64,000 nt of DNA from Macrostomum lignano (taxonomy: Eukaryota): contig NIVC01001580.1 in assembly GCA_002269645.1 (NCBI GenBank), positions 62,001-126,000 of the forward strand. Direction: 5' to 3'. Each line of letters begins with the position of its first letter. Positions within the stretch are counted from its first letter, which is position 1. Shown in pieces: positions 46,901-57,665 of this stretch. The notes beneath the pieces are model-generated. The model was not told the DNA's origin. It saw nothing but the letters and a program-made list of their open reading frames with translations, and ran no database searches. A program made the position numbers and the translations under genes.

Positions 46901-47934
46901 AGCCTAGTCTTAGCAGTGTCCAAGGGGAAAGTACCTACAAATTAACAAAAAACAAAAATTATTAACAAAGAAAAACAAGGAAATGACAAGAACCTACTTT
47001 TTATTCAAATTTCATTTTTGTGCATTTGTGTATTGGCACCTTGACTGGACCCATACTGAAATCTCAACCTAGACTAACTAAAAGATGGGCCTAGGAATTG
47101 CATTTGCAATGCCTAGGCCTATCATTACTAAATATAGAATAAAGCAATACCTCAACCCATTCTTAACCCACCAATGGATATTGATAAAATTGGCAACAAA
47201 CAAATTTGGCAATAATTACTGAATAAAACATTTTTTATCATTTTGGCAATTCTTCAACTACAATGGTATTATTCAATGCATATTAGCTTTAGTTTTTAAT
47301 TGAGTTTGTTTTATCTATCATTTATCCTTGTGTGTTTTTAAAGTCCTTTCCAATAAATATTTGTTAATTTTAAGGTGGGACAACCTTAGAGGCAATGGGA
47401 CTTGGGGAAAAACAAGAAAAATGATTTTCTTATATTCCTACTAAAGGTCTTTCCACTGATTACAATGTACGGGAAATGGATTTGAAAAAATACACCATGC
47501 CAATGCAAAGAAAAATTACAAAATTAAAAAATGTAAGATGCAGAATGACCAATTCAACAACACTTTTCTTATCATTTTAACACACTCATGCAGCCATTAT
47601 TTCACATATATAAACTTTAATGAGTATTTTAAGAAAGCCTTATTACATGCACACATATAAATTTGCTTTAACTTGTCTTTGGCTATAAAAAGACTTGTTG
47701 CCAAATTTGCATGCATCCCCGACCAAGATACCAACCAAATATTGGCACCTCTTAGCATTCAAGCTCTTTGTAATTAGAAGTCCTGCTTAAGCCTCTAGAA
47801 AAAAGCCATTTCTAATATTAATAATATATGTACACTAACAATATATCATAAGAATTCAACTCACCAAACTCTGCAAATACAGAAGCTGTGCCTCCATATA
47901 CAAATGATCGAACATCAAGAAACTTAACAGACAT
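40918..47934 (-). CDS. SLC25A14: Mitochondrial carrier of the UCP5/BMCP1-KMCP1 (SLC25A14/SLC25A30) type, 343 aa
   Basis: Exons 47934-47865, 46934-46784, 44069-43647, 42631-42571, 41244-40918 (1032 nt, phases 1, 2, 2, 0). Three carrier signatures [27 protein letters not shown]. Subfamily-typical [40 protein letters not shown]25A14 versus SLC25A30 is not resolvable. Confidence 0.92.
42942..43622. repeat. 23-bp minisatellite (GTCAAATGTCACTGCAGGAGACA, ~29 copies) in carrier-gene intron 3
   Basis: Direct reading. Confidence 0.96.
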
Positions 47935-48627
47935 AGTGACTCGGCCCTTCAATTAACACCTAAATAACAGGCAAAAAGCTGCTACTTAGGGCGGGTCGAT
48001 AAATAGTTTTTATAGTAGGCCTATAGGCTCCTAAGGCAAGCTAGGCTAAGATTAACAACTGCTAAATCCGATTTTTGTTCACAAATTCTGTTATGAGGTA
48101 TTATAAAAGTGACTTATTTATTATGAACAAAAGCCAAAAAGTTATTAAGTTACTTTATTAACAGTTGGTAATTCGCTTAAGAAATAACTATAAGAATGCT
48201 AAGGTAAGGGTGCAACTTAGGCCTATCGTTTATATCGCTCAATAATAAAAAAATTTTGCGGGGTTCATGAATTGCTCAAGAATTCTTGATTTGAAGTTTT
48301 ATATGTTTGCTTGACAAAATTTAAACAATTTTTTTATTTGCAAAAAGTAAGTATGCCGTCGTAAGTGACTTTTTGTTTTCTATTATTTTTTACAAAAAAT
48401 AACACAATTTTTTTTAATAGCTTCTTCAAATTTAAAGTTACGTAATCCACTAAAAAGTTAGATTGAAGATGTACCGATTATGAGAATTCGTTGTCAATAT
48501 GAGAAATTCGCCTGCGTCGCTAAAATGGTGCCTGCTGCGCAAAATAAATGTACATGTAAGGCGCTGCGACACTAAAATGGTGGCCAAAATTATTGCTAAC
48601 AACACCGATTCTTAAAAAAAGGCATAC

Positions 48628-49215
48628 TTTCTCGTTTAAACTGATAAATTTAAACTAACTTTAACTTTTATCAAAAACATTGGTTTGGCGAATTATAGCT
48701 AGGCTCTTTGGTACTACTTCTCGTGTGGTAAGTTGATCGGCTTTACGTGTATAACTGTACGTTTGCAGTGAGGCACGCAGCAATCTTTCTGGGAGGGGCG
48801 CCAATACTTGACTGTTTGGTGTCTTCTTGTTGGGCGCCCCTGTCTCTTAGTGTGGGCGCCCCTGTCTCTTGGTGGGCCCCCTTGTATTTTAGTTGGCGCC
48901 CCTGTCTCTTGGTGGGCCCCCTTGTATTTTAGTTGGCGCCCCTGTCTCTTGGTAGGCGCCGCTCTCTCTTATAGTGGGCGCCCCCTGTCTCTTGGTGGGC
49001 GCCCCTGGTCTCTTAGTGGGCGCCCCTGTCTCTTAGTGGGCGCCCCTGTCTCTTAGTGGGCGCCCCTGTCTCTTAGTGGCCGCTCCTGTCTCTTAGTGGG
49101 CGCCCCTGTCTCTTAGTGGGCGCCCCTGTCTCTTAGTGGGCGCCCCTGTCTCTTAGTGGCCGCTCCTGTCTCTTAGTGGGCGCCCCTGTCTCTTAGTGGG
49201 CGCCCTTCTCTCTTC
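48628..49215. mobile_element. Composite repeat copy 1: ~115-bp leader + 20-bp GGGCGCCCCTGTCTCTTAGT array (48820-49215)
   Basis: Leader TTTCTCGTTTAA...ATCAAAAACATTGGTTTGGCGAATTATA...CTTCTCGTGTGGTAAGTT recurs at 57666-57783 in front of the same satellite. Confidence 0.8.
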
Positions 49216-50646
49216 GTCCGTGGGAAGAATCTGCTGCTGCACTCGTGGGTTGTGTGGATTTAAAGCCTCACTTGCATGGCCTCAGAGCATCCCTTTTGTC
49301 CGTGATCTCGTCTCTTGGAGAACAAGTTTTTTTGGCTATCCCAGCGAGGGAAACAGTAAGCCCAGCATTGTTTGGGCCTATTGCCAGATTAGTAGATAAA
49401 TTAAATCCATGTTGTCGGCTTCGAAATAAAATAATTATGGATAAGTCGCGTTATATAGTATCACATTTTGGTATTACATGTAGAGTTCATGAGGCTGCTG
49501 TAAGCCAATTTGCTAGACAACTGGCACTGAGAAAACAATGGAAGTTTTTGAGTCAGAAATATGGCAGCAGTTGGCTCGCCTGCCCATTCCTTTCTCTATT
49601 ATGCAATTCATTTTGCTTGTTCAAATTGTTGCTTGTCCGTGTGAAGTCTTTTGTGACCTTTGCCTCTTGGGGCTCGCTTGACTGGCTGACTAACGCATTT
49701 TGTTGTTGTTGCTCTTGCTGTTGTAAAGTAGCTTTTTAAATGCGAACCAATTGGACTACTCAAGTATTCTACTCTACTCCACTCTAGTCATTGATGCGGT
49801 CCTTCCTGACAGGCCTGCTCAAGCATCTCAAGCAGCGGCAGCAGCCCCGGACAAGACAACAACAGCTCAAATAATCAATAAACTACTTGGCCCCTTGTTA
49901 GCGTCTAAAACTCAAAAAAACGATATGGAATCATGCACCTGTCCCTCAAGCCCAACTTCCAACAGCCTCAAGGATCAGCCATATTGTGTGAGTAGCTCAG
50001 TGTAGTGCAGATTCAATGCGTCTCTCTGCAAGCTGCAACTGAAGAAAATCCTATATACTGGTTTATAAACTGTTTTTCAGTGCATCGTTAGCGGCAGCAA
50101 CTCCAGCACCGGATGCAGGCAGGCTAAAGGCGTCCAAGCCAGAAACGCACCATAAAAGATGCAATTGGGGCAATGGTCACTGCAGGCATTGGTCACTACA
50201 GGCATTGGTCACTGCAGGCATTGGTTTTGCTACCGTTGCAAAAGCAGCAGAACCTGAAGCAACATTTGGTGCCGTCAGTAGACTTTTGTGACACCTTTGG
50301 GCCCTCAGCCTCCTTTACCAAGCCTTGTGGATCTGTGAGTGCTGTAACTTCAACAGAGACTCTTCAATTCTGCGGCTACAACGAGCAACTTCAGCCTCTA
50401 TGCTTTACATTTCCATGCCGGCATGTTCAAAGCCGATTCTCAGTGCTTAAATAAATCAATCAAATTTTTCAACTGGCAGCACGAAGAGTTGGGAATGAGT
50501 TAACAAATGCGCATTTGCGATCCAATGATAGGGTAGCAGCTGGTATAAATAAATAGATAATATCAATTATTAAATTATTATTGCACAGTCTGCTTCAGCA
50601 GGTGCAAAACTCAAAACTGACCATTTCTGCAGCCGCCTCAATGAAA

Positions 50647-50797
50647 TGTAGCTGGCGCCCCCTCTGTAGCTGGCGCCCCCCTCTGTAGCTGGCGCCCCCT
50701 CTGTAGCTGGCGCCCCCTCTGTAGCTGGCGCCCCCCTCTGTAGCTGGCGCCCCCTCTGTAGCTGGCGCCCCCTCTGTAGCTGGCGCCCCCCTCTGTA
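50647..50797. repeat. 18/19-bp minisatellite (TGTAGCTGGCGCCCCCTC, ~8 copies)
   Basis: Direct reading; same unit as 51346-51562. Confidence 0.95.
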
Positions 50798-50884
50798 AAG
50801 ACTGCGATAGTGAAGGCGGCAGTGTGAGCGCGAAACGAAAGGCTTAAGGCCCCATATGGCCGTGGGCCCAATATATATATATAT

Positions 50885-51345
50885 TTGTTAGGCGACAGTG
50901 AACGATGCGTACATTCATGAACATGTACATTGCTACGCTATTGATGCTATTGATTAGGACAGAGCGGGCGAGAGAGAGAGAGAGCGCTGGCAACAGGCAC
51001 CGCCCTGCTAGGCTAATTCAACTAGGTGGCAATAACACTTCTCCCAAAGCAGAAAGAAACAAAGAGGGGATAAAAGCTCGAATGACAGTCATCGAAGTAC
51101 TGAAGGAATGAACCTTGACAGGTAGGTTGCCAGCTCAAGGAATGAGCGTAGCTCCGATGTGTTCGTGGGCTCCTTGAAGGCCTTGAGCGCCTTTATTTTC
51201 TCCTCTGTTGGCTGGACGCCGCTGGCGCTGATGCGCATTCCGAGAAATTCGATGGAAGGTTGGGCGAGACGGCACTTATCGGGGTTAAGGGTGATCCCGT
51301 GGTCTCTGAGGCGCTGGAGGCACGCCTTCAAACGGCTTGGCGCGC
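50885..51345 (-). mobile_element. Ty3/Gypsy LTR-retrotransposon fragment (RT C-terminus, possible LTR end)
   Basis: 51345-51105 encodes ACLQRLRDHGITLNPDKC...IEFLG...QPTEEKIKAL...ELRSFLELATYLSRFIP. The minus strand ends ...CGCCTAACA at 50885, which is LTR-like but uncertain. Confidence 0.8.
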
Positions 51346-51562
51346 ATCTGTAGATGGCGCCCCCTCTGTAGCTGGCGCCCCCTCTGTAGCTGGTGCCCTC
51401 TCTGTAGCTGGCGCCTCCCTCTGTAGCTGGCGCTCCCTCTGTAGCTGGCGCCCCCTCTGTAGCTGGCGCTCCCTCTGTTGATGGCGCCCCCTCTGTAGCT
51501 GGTGCCCTCTCTGTAGCTGGCGCCTCCCTCTGTAGCTGGCGCCCCCTCTGTAGCTGGCGCCG
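51346..51562. repeat. 18/19-bp minisatellite (TGTAGCTGGCGCCCCCTC, ~11 copies) at the Gypsy/LINE junction
   Basis: Direct reading. Confidence 0.95.
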
Positions 51563-53980
51563 TCCAACGTGAGCCCCAAAAAGGTCGGCGTGAGCTCAAA
51601 ATTGAGTTTATCTCCATTAATGCAAAGGTTCACCTGGCTCTTTCCGTTGTTCCCATTTGGGGCCAGAGTGAAAGTGGTATAGCAGCATTTGCTGTTGCTA
51701 ATGGTGACCTTCCAGGTCCTGCACCAGCTGGTCACTGCTTCCAGAGCAGGTTGGAGCTCCTCGGCGCAGGTAGCCAGGGAGCGGGCCGTTGCAAGTAAGG
51801 CGGGCAAGCACCATGCACTCTGCGCACTTAGCGACACAGCTGGTCAAAGCGACCGGACGGCGACGTAGCACTCTTGTCTTTTTTCGGATCGGGATGATGA
51901 TGCCATTTCGCCAGCTGGTCGGTGTTTGCCCTTCGGTCCAGGTGCGGTTTATGAGTTTGAGGAGAATATTCTCAGCGGCCGCGGGGAGGCGTTTCAGCAT
52001 CTCGTTTGAGACGCCGTCGGCCCCCACAGACTTTCCCGACTTGAGGCGACGAACGGCTGCGCGGAGCTCGTCGATAGAGAAGAGGGCATCCGGGCCGTGA
52101 GCGGGGGTTCGTCTGTGACTGTCGTAGCCTCGTTGGCTTCGTAGCGGATTGAGGTGTCCTGGCGGCGTCTGGGGACTCGGCTCACTTCCGCGTACATCTG
52201 GCAGAAAAGCTCTGCCTTTTCCTTGTTAGTGCGGGCCGTACGCTCGGGGCGTTTTCAGAGGTCTGACTCAATGACCTTCAAGTCTAAATCAGGCGGGTCT
52301 ATAGTAATCGCTGCGTGGTCCGCAGTCTTGTGCCCTTCGCCTCTCATAGCGCAGGGTAGGCCAAAGATGTCGGAGCCTTGGTGGAAGTGCGCCGCCCTTT
52401 CCAGCAGGAAGGCTTTCTTTTCCTTGTTGAGGTAGTCTGAGGCATTATGTCGGGCCCGAGCGGCTGCGGAAAGATTCTCCTGGGTCGGATCTGCTTCGAC
52501 GGCCTGGCAAGCGGCTTTGGTCGCTTTCGTGGCATCCTCGCATGCGTCGTTCCAGAAAGGGAACCGGCGCATTGGCTTTCCTGAGCTGCGCGGGATGCTG
52601 TGTCGCGCGGCTGAGAGTATAGCCTCGGAGAGCCGAGTAGCCTCATCGTTAAGCGCGACCGTTTGTAGATCGGAGTCGACCCAGGCAGTCAAAATATCCC
52701 GGAAGACGGCCCAGTTTGCTTTTTTGTAGATCCAGCGTTTCTGTCCCTGGCGGGTTGGCGTCCGGCGTTGGAAGCTGGGATGTCGCAGAGGATGGGCAAG
52801 TGGTCGCTACCCCAGTCGGGGCCTGTTCTCCAGGAGTCGGTCAAAACGCCGGAGAGGGCGCTGCTGCAGATCGTCACATCCGGACTGCTGATGCGACCTG
52901 TGCTAGGGCACGTTCTCGTGTGGTTGGTTGAGTTGCAGATGGTCAGACAGTTGCGAGCAACCCATTCATCAACCGTTTGGCTCCTGGCGTCCTCGTCGAG
53001 GTGATGTTTCCAGCTGCCGTGGGCGTTGAAATCACCCCCGAGGATGGCTCTGCCGGTGACCGTCAGATTGTTAAAGGTTGGCTGCCAGGTATCGTCAGGG
53101 CGTTTGTAACTGGTGGGTGGGGCGTAAATGGAGGCCACCACGGTTGGCTGTTGTTCTTGTAGGCGGATGCGGCAGGCGACGACATCCAGGAGTTCGTGCT
53201 CGCGGTTGATCGATAACCTATCGTATTGGAAGTCTTCCCGAACGAGCACCAGGGCACCGCCACGCCCCGTGATTCTTTTTTCGGTTTTTTGGATTGGTTG
53301 GGGCTGACTAGCAGGCGTCGTGCTGGTAGGGCTCGCTCCGGGTTGGGCCGGCTGGTGGGAGTTGGGCCATGGCGTGAAACGGACGCTGCATGCGGTGCGG
53401 CCGCTGCGGCATCCGGGGCACGATTCTGCACGGAGGCTGGGGTATCTGAGGCGGCAGCGTGGGTTCTTGACGCGGCGCTGTTTCCCGGCAGTGCCAGCGG
53501 GGGGATCGGGCAGAGGTGGAGTAGGCTGGTCGGCAGTGTCAGTGACGTTAGCGCCGGTTTTAGGCCTGTCCAGGACGGCGCCGTCCGCTCTGGCTGCTAC
53601 CACATACCCTCTTGGTAGATTGTACTCTTCGTTATGCCGTAGCTTAGTTTCCTGAAGGAGGGCCACGGCAGGGCGTAGGAGAGTGAACCTGTGAGCTAAC
53701 TCCGTTTGGCGGCTTTTAATGCCGTTGCAGTTAAACTGCACCAGGAGTTCTGGGCCCAGCTCGGCTCTGTGCGATGCTGTGGCTTCTCGGCGCCTCCCAC
53801 GCCTCCGGCAGCGATGCGCTTTTTGGGCGTCGTCGTTTCCTCCGCGGAGGCGCATGACGGTTCGAAGGTTGTCGATGGCGCTGTCAGGTGACGCGTTGTT
53901 TCCAGCTTCCTCGCAGACTCGGTGGTTGTACGGTCCTTTAGAATGATCCAGAGACACCTCATGGAGGTGGGTCGTGGGTC

Positions 53981-53985
<5 letters not shown>
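51563..53985 (-). mobile_element. Decayed APE-RT non-LTR retrotransposon (I/Jockey/Ingi-type LINE)
   Basis: APE motifs QFNCNG, LLQET, GGALVLV, SIYAPP, GGDFNAH, SPDVT, GSDHLPI; linker YKKANW; RT start GADGVSNEML...W...IIPIRK...RPVALTSCVAK; RT end KCC...TFLGLTLD. Frameshifts at ~52750, ~52260 and ~52100. The RT core including YADD is deleted at ~51800. Confidence 0.92.
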
Positions 53986-54057
<72 letters not shown>

Positions 54058-56061
54058 CTGCTCAACCGGCGATCTCTGTTCCACTGGCCTCGGAGGAGCG
54101 GCATAGTGCAGCTACTAAAATGGGCTGCAATATGGAGCAATACGAACCGGAAACCGTCAGCTGGATGAATCAGTCAGTGAATCCGTGCGAGTCCATGTAC
54201 GAATTCGCCACTGGAAATCTGCCCCATGAAGACCTGTTCAAGCAAGCTGATGAGACAATGAGAAACCGACTGCACAAGCTGTTGACAAACTCAAGTAATG
54301 GAGTGCAGCAGCAGGACGAAATGATCTCTAATCCGACCAGAATTGCCAGTAGGCTGTACGGTAACTGCCTCAGCTGGTGGAACGGCTCTGACGCAGAAGC
54401 GATGCGTGGCGCGTTTCTCAGATCCGCTTTTAGCCAGCTGCTCAACAATCTGGAGACCGAATTTAGACATCGAGGCGAAGTTCTTGAGCTCGAGTCTCTG
54501 CTAGCGACTCTTGCCTGTTGTAGAGCCTGTTTCCACCTGTTGGCAGCCAGGTTCAAAGTACTTTCACACCGATTCGCCAATATTAGCGGACCGAAACCCA
54601 GAGCCATGAAGTCGTCAAAGATGATTAAATTTCTGCGATTCCTTCGGAAATGGAACGTAACGAATTCCGTTGAGCTGGAGGCGACGAATATTGTGCAAAA
54701 GCTGGCCTCATTGGATGAACTGTCGAAGTCGGATTCAGTGTAGCTTAAGCTTGAGAGCTGCATACAGATACAGGGCTGGGGATGAAAAAGAAAACCTGAT
54801 GTTTACAGCCAAGCAGCTTGAAAACTTTACTAATTGCATTTCGGCTGATACTCGAGTTTCATTTTCAAGGACAAATTTTTTGAAGAAGTGGATTCGAGTT
54901 ATGAAGGTGGCCGTTTGTTACTTGCAGCCTCTGTTCAGATTGCCTATTTAGGTGCATTCATAAATTTAACATCCGATGGTATGCTACGTAATGGGAATTT
55001 CAAGTCAATACTCGAAGCAACCAGCACTCAGATAATTTTGTTTGACTGGCTCTTCAAACTGTCGAAAATGATCCCGAGCTGGTTTATCAAGAATAATCAC
55101 TATTGTCTTGACGCTGCAAAAAAACTGCTCCGAGCAGTGGTATCCACAATGTACAATGTGGCATAATATAACTCAACTGATGCAGCCAATGTGGAGTCTC
55201 AGAATTGGTGGACGGAAAGCGATATTGATGAAGTTAGACAGCTGAGGTACACTAGCAACTTTTTCGAACTTTCGGATCAAGGAAGTTCGGCTGAATTCCT
55301 TCCAGCTCTAAAGAGTATCTACGCGCCTCTTGCTTGAACCTATATGCCGAAAGATTTGAAGCTTTGAAGCTGACGAGGAAAACAACTTTGGCGCTCTGAA
55401 TTTGATGAGCCTCGCTTTCCAGCTGAGAATCCGGTACTTTGCGGCCAGAAATACAGTACTGCTTTCTTTATGAGGAATCCTTTTGATGTTGAAGAAAAAT
55501 ATGCAAACACAAAACACGGGTTTAGAATTTTCTCCATCCCTCTGCGTCGGCTCACGCCACCAATATTTACATTAATTTTATTTACATCATTAATTGGGCC
55601 CGCGGCTGGTCAACTGCATTCAGCATACCGATTTGGCAAGCTGTGAAAGAAATAAACCAAATAAGTGAAAACAGATCTTTAATTGTAGAGCAGCAGAAAC
55701 TTCAAGCCCATTCCAGTTACCAAGCGTTCGTCAAGTGACCCCGCAGCAAATCTGCAACGTGCAGATACTGGTTTAGAGCATTCAATCAGCTGAGCAACTC
55801 CAGCCAACCGCAGATGAACTCTGCGCAGCCGAACCCGCTGACCAAAATCAACTCAATCGAATGTTTTTCACACTGATTGCGCAACTCTTTTACCAAACCG
55901 GGATGACAGAACAGATTAGCGAGCCTTTCAAACCGTACAATGCTCTCCAAGTCAAGTTTGACAGCGCCATGTTCAACAACAAGGAGTTCGCCAGAGCATT
56001 CGAATGCAGCGAATCGTGCACTTTAAATCGAAAGAATAAATGTACCTATTGGAAGAATTAA
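53961..56061 (+). pseudogene. Highly diverged M13 (neprilysin/ECE-like) peptidase pseudogene or non-catalytic homologue
   Basis: Poly-Leu signal/anchor; N-terminal MNQSVNPCESMYEFATGN (cf. MDxSVDPCxDFYxFACG); LRRLTPPIF; C-terminal MFFTLIAQ...NKEFARAFECSESCTLNRKNKCTYW. In-frame stops at 54741 and 55164 plus several frameshifts; no HExxH found. Confidence 0.72.
53983..54055. repeat. (CTG)~24 trinucleotide repeat
   Basis: Direct reading; poly-Leu on the plus strand, poly-Gln on the minus strand. Confidence 0.98.
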
Positions 56062-56324
56062 AGCTGAGGTATGGGTGTTGCCTGCCAGATAACTCGATGC
56101 AGCAATATTTAATCAAGTGTTTGACTTTCACTTTGAAAAGAATGCGAGAGTGAAGCGAGAACTTTTGATGAAAATAAAAGCAAACTTAGTCAAGTAAAGT
56201 CATTCAAATCGGCACTGCTATGTTGTTTAAAATATTTTATTTATTTGAAAAATTAACCATCCTTAGCAGCATAGAAATTGGGAGACAAATTTGAGTAACT
56301 TTCTCATTTAAGATCTTCACAGCA

Positions 56325-56880
56325 TCCAGACCCGCCCAGCTTTACAGCTTCATTCAGACCCACTCAGCCTCGCAGCTTCATCCAGACCCACTCAGCCTCG
56401 CAGCTTCATCCAGACCCACCCAGCCCACAGCTTCATCCAGACCCACTCAGCTTCACAGCTTCATCCAGACCCACTCAGCCTCACAGCTTCATCCAGACTC
56501 ACTCAGCTTCACATATAGCTTCATCCAGACCCACTCAGCTTCGCAGCTTCATCCAGACCCACTTAGCTTCGCAGCTTCATCCAGACCCACTCAGCTTCAC
56601 ATCTAGCTTCATCCAGACCCACTCAGCTTCACATCTAGCTTCATCCAGACCCACTCAGCTTTACATCTGGCTTCATCCAGACCCACTCAGCCTCACAGCT
56701 TCATCCAGACCCACTCAGCCTCACAGCTTCATCCAGACCCACTCAGCCTCACAGCTTCATCCAGACTCACTCAGCTTCACAGCTTCATCCAGACCCACTC
56801 AGCCTCACAGCTTCATCCAGACTCACTCAGCCTCACAGCTTCATCCAGACAAACTCAGCCTCACAGCTTCATCCAAACAC
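56325..56880. repeat. 28-bp minisatellite (CAGCTTCATCCAGACCCACTCAGCCTCA, ~19 copies, 32-bp variants)
   Basis: Direct reading. Confidence 0.95.
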
Positions 56881-57082
56881 ACTAAATAAACTGGCGTGGC
56901 CTGTGCGCAGCTTTCTACTCACCTGGTCTTCAAAAACCAGGAGTTCTAACTAGTCACCCGTACAGCAACCCGACGTCGGCAACGGTCTAAATTGCACCGA
57001 CGTTCGGCCGACATATGACGTTGTTAATGTTATATTTATTAGTTCAAACAGAATAATTTTGGCCTTGGGTTGACGCTTTCGA

Positions 57083-57358
57083 CAGGGGCGTCGATCGCCA
57101 CCAGGGGGGAACAGGGGGACATGTCCCCCTCCAGATACTCCCATTAAAAGTTATGGGGGGACATGCCAATGCTTTGCCCCCCCCTCACCCCGCCTTTGTT
57201 GACTTGTTATGGAAATCAATAATTTTGCTTCAGGGCAACAAAACATATATAGTGCTTGCGTCCAAAATGATTGTTAACAACATCAATTCCTAAAATGATG
57301 TACATGTAGAATTCTTGGGCTTTGTCCCCCCACCATGAAATCCATGGCGACGCCCCTG
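57083..57358. mobile_element. hAT-type MITE (276 bp)
   Basis: 11-bp TIR CAGGGGCGTCG / CGACGCCCCTG; flanking 8-mers GCTTTCGA and GTTTCCGA (6/8 match); internal GGGGGACA/TGTCCCCC subterminal motifs. Confidence 0.75.
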
Positions 57359-57665
57359 GTTTCCGACATCTCGTATCGACGTCACTGCAGGGTTAGGGTA
57401 TTTTAAGTATATGAACTCAAAGTGTGCAATAACACGGTAGTAGTGTGACACCCAGACATTTGTGTTTTCTCTAGTTCCATCTATCAGGAACTGTACGTGT
57501 TGTACCCACTCAGTTCAGTAAAACGTGACACTTGACAGATTTACTGAACTATCTTGGCAACTCACACTGGGGTACCTGCAATGCGTGCCTAATTTAGCAG
57601 GGCTTGCATGTCAGTAGGACGAACAGAAGTATAAAATGGATACAAGCCAGGCTTAAGGGCAATAT

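Noticed and set aside
49245-50454. ORFs 49245-49739, 49751-50005 and 50173-50454; faint LVDKLNPC resemblance to the M13 N-terminus
   Set aside because: No supporting motifs or consistent exon chain.
50885-51120. Complete solo LTR bounded by TGTTA...TGACA
   Set aside because: The TGACA lies within the conserved coding motif YLSRFIP of the Gypsy RT, so the match is probably coincidental.
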